Assembly: GCA_039588275.1 (NCBI GenBank)
Contig: JBDHAC010000055.1
Coordinates: 1-38,217, forward strand
Direction: 5' to 3'
DNA length: 38,217 nt
DNA from: Gemmatimonadota bacterium
Lineage (GTDB): Bacteria; Gemmatimonadota; Gemmatimonadetes; Palauibacterales; Palauibacteraceae
Shown: positions 36,959 through 38,217 of the stretch, in pieces
Layout: every line of letters begins with the position of its first letter
How positions within the stretch are numbered: position 1 is the first letter of the stretch
Notes under the pieces: generated by a model
Database searches by the model: none
The model's input: the letters and a program-made list of their open reading frames with translations, nothing else
What the model was told of the DNA's origin: nothing
Program-made: the position numbers and the translations under genes

Positions 36959-37759
36959 GTGAGCATCGGGGAAACCGTTCTTCGCGCCATTTCAAGAGAT
37001 CCTGGCGCGGGCGACTACCCCAACGTGTTGGAGCACGATCAGGAAGGACTCGAGTTGAGTGCGATGATCGAGGCATTCCCAGGTTTCATCGACATGATCC
37101 GAGGCCGGCGGGTGGTCGACTTCGGCTGTGGAACTGGGCGTCAGGCCGTTGCGCTGGTGCGCGAAGCGGAGTGCTTCGTGTGTGGTGTGGATACAAACGC
37201 AAGAACGTTGGCGGCGGCGCGGGCGTACGCAGAGGCACAGCCTATCTCCGAGGAGTCGATCCAGCTGGTGGAGCGACCCGACGCCGACCTGAAGGGCTCG
37301 TTCGACTACGTGATCTCCCAGAATTCCATGGAGCACTTCCCTGATCCCGCGGCCGTTCTGAGGGAGATGGCGAGCCTCCTCAAGCCTACGGGCAAGATCC
37401 TGATAACGTTCGGCGCACCATGGTATTCACCGTGGGGCAGTCACATGCATTTCTTCTGCAGGCTCCCCTGGCTCAACGTCTGGTTCTCGGAACGGACGAT
37501 CATGTCGGTGCGCTCGCTGTATAGAGACGATGGCGCGACGCGATACGAGGAGGTCGAATCAGGGCTGAACAAGATGAGCCTGCGGAAGTTCGAGCGACTT
37601 GTTCGCGAGAGTGGGCTGCTGGTGGAGCACCGCGAGTATTGGTGCGTGAAGCGGTTGGATTTCCTGGCCTACACCCCGGTCCGCGAGTTCTTCGTGAATC
37701 AGATCAACTGTGTTCTCGCGCTAGCCGGGCGCACTGCTGCCGGGCCCGCCTCCGCCTAG
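36959..37759 (+). CDS. Class I SAM-dependent methyltransferase
   Basis: VVDFGCGTG, GVD, FDYVIS..MEHFPDP, LKPTG; GGAGG RBS before GTG. Confidence 0.9.
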   Translation: MSIGETVLRAISRDPGAGDYPNVLEHDQEGLELSAMIEAFPGFIDMIRGRRVVDFGCGTGRQAVALVREAECFVCGVDTNARTLAAARAYAEAQPISEESIQLVERPDADLKGSFDYVISQNSMEHFPDPAAVLREMASLLKPTGKILITFGAPWYSPWGSHMHFFCRLPWLNVWFSERTIMSVRSLYRDDGATRYEEVESGLNKMSLRKFERLVRESGLLVEHREYWCVKRLDFLAYTPVREFFVNQINCVLALAGRTAAGPASA

Positions 37760-38217
37760 AAGAAGTCCCGCGGGAGATCGTCACGCGGTGGCACGTCCGT
37801 CCGAGCACCCTGCCTGTCCAGCGCCTGCCGCACAAGTCGCTGCCTCAGATAGAGGTAACGCGCCCTCTGGAGCGGGGAGAGGAACGCCGAAAGCCGTCTC
37901 TGTTCGTCAATCGGAATCATGGCCGCCTGCGCCTGCAGATCCAGGAGCTCGTCGAGGAGCTGTCCGATGCGGCCCTCATCGACCGAGCCTTGCTGGATCA
38001 GCTGGTTCAGCTCGCGCCTGACGTCGCGGGTGCGGGCGGCGATGCTCGCACGCTCACGTCGCGAAGTCTGTAGCTCGCGCTGGAGCCGTCGAGCCTGCCC
38101 GCCATCCAGGTGCAACGCCTGGGCGACGCGCTGCGCGAAGCGCTCCATCAACACCTCGGCCTGCACCGGATTCACCGCCGGAGCGTCCCGCCCCGGCGCG
38201 ACCCGCTGCTGTCGCTG
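37756..38217 (-). CDS. Spy/CpxP-like periplasmic protein (5' end outside window)
   Basis: Helical protein with LHLDGGQ and FLSPLQRARY (LTxxQ-like) motifs; frame is open to the window end. Confidence 0.7.
   Translation of the reverse strand, partial: QRQQRVAPGRDAPAVNPVQAEVLMERFAQRVAQALHLDGGQARRLQRELQTSRRERASIAARTRDVRRELNQLIQQGSVDEGRIGQLLDELLDLQAQAAMIPIDEQRRLSAFLSPLQRARYLYLRQRLVRQALDRQGARTDVPPRDDLPRDFF

Overview
High-GC bacterial chromosomal window of about 34 genes. Gene content suggests Gemmatimonadota (inference, not a database result). In order: exopolysaccharide genes (priming sugar transferase, SLBB export protein) behind a sigma54 promoter and an NtrC-type two-component pair; glnA; a GlpD-like oxidoreductase; an NlpC/P60 peptidase; a SelW/Rdx selenoprotein with in-frame UGA and SECIS-like hairpin that the ORF track missed; an imuB / small ImuB-C-like / dnaE2 mutagenesis cassette without imuA; envelope genes (SH3 protein, beta-barrel, dacB); moeA; a BNR-repeat protein; fabH; an ECF sigma / CBM48 anti-sigma module with a broken junction; a DSD1-type PLP enzyme; an MshEN-like protein; an ABC exporter; mocA, xdhC and etfAB; an SRPBCC protein; a methyltransferase; and a partial Spy/CpxP-like gene. 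The most unusual signal is two diverged copies of a 295-352 bp, TIR-bounded, nested-hairpin element, one directly upstream of imuB and one directly upstream of dnaE2. Each carries an SD-led uORF, and in one copy its stop lies 1 nt before the dnaE2 start. No rRNA, tRNA, CRISPR array or transposase was seen.
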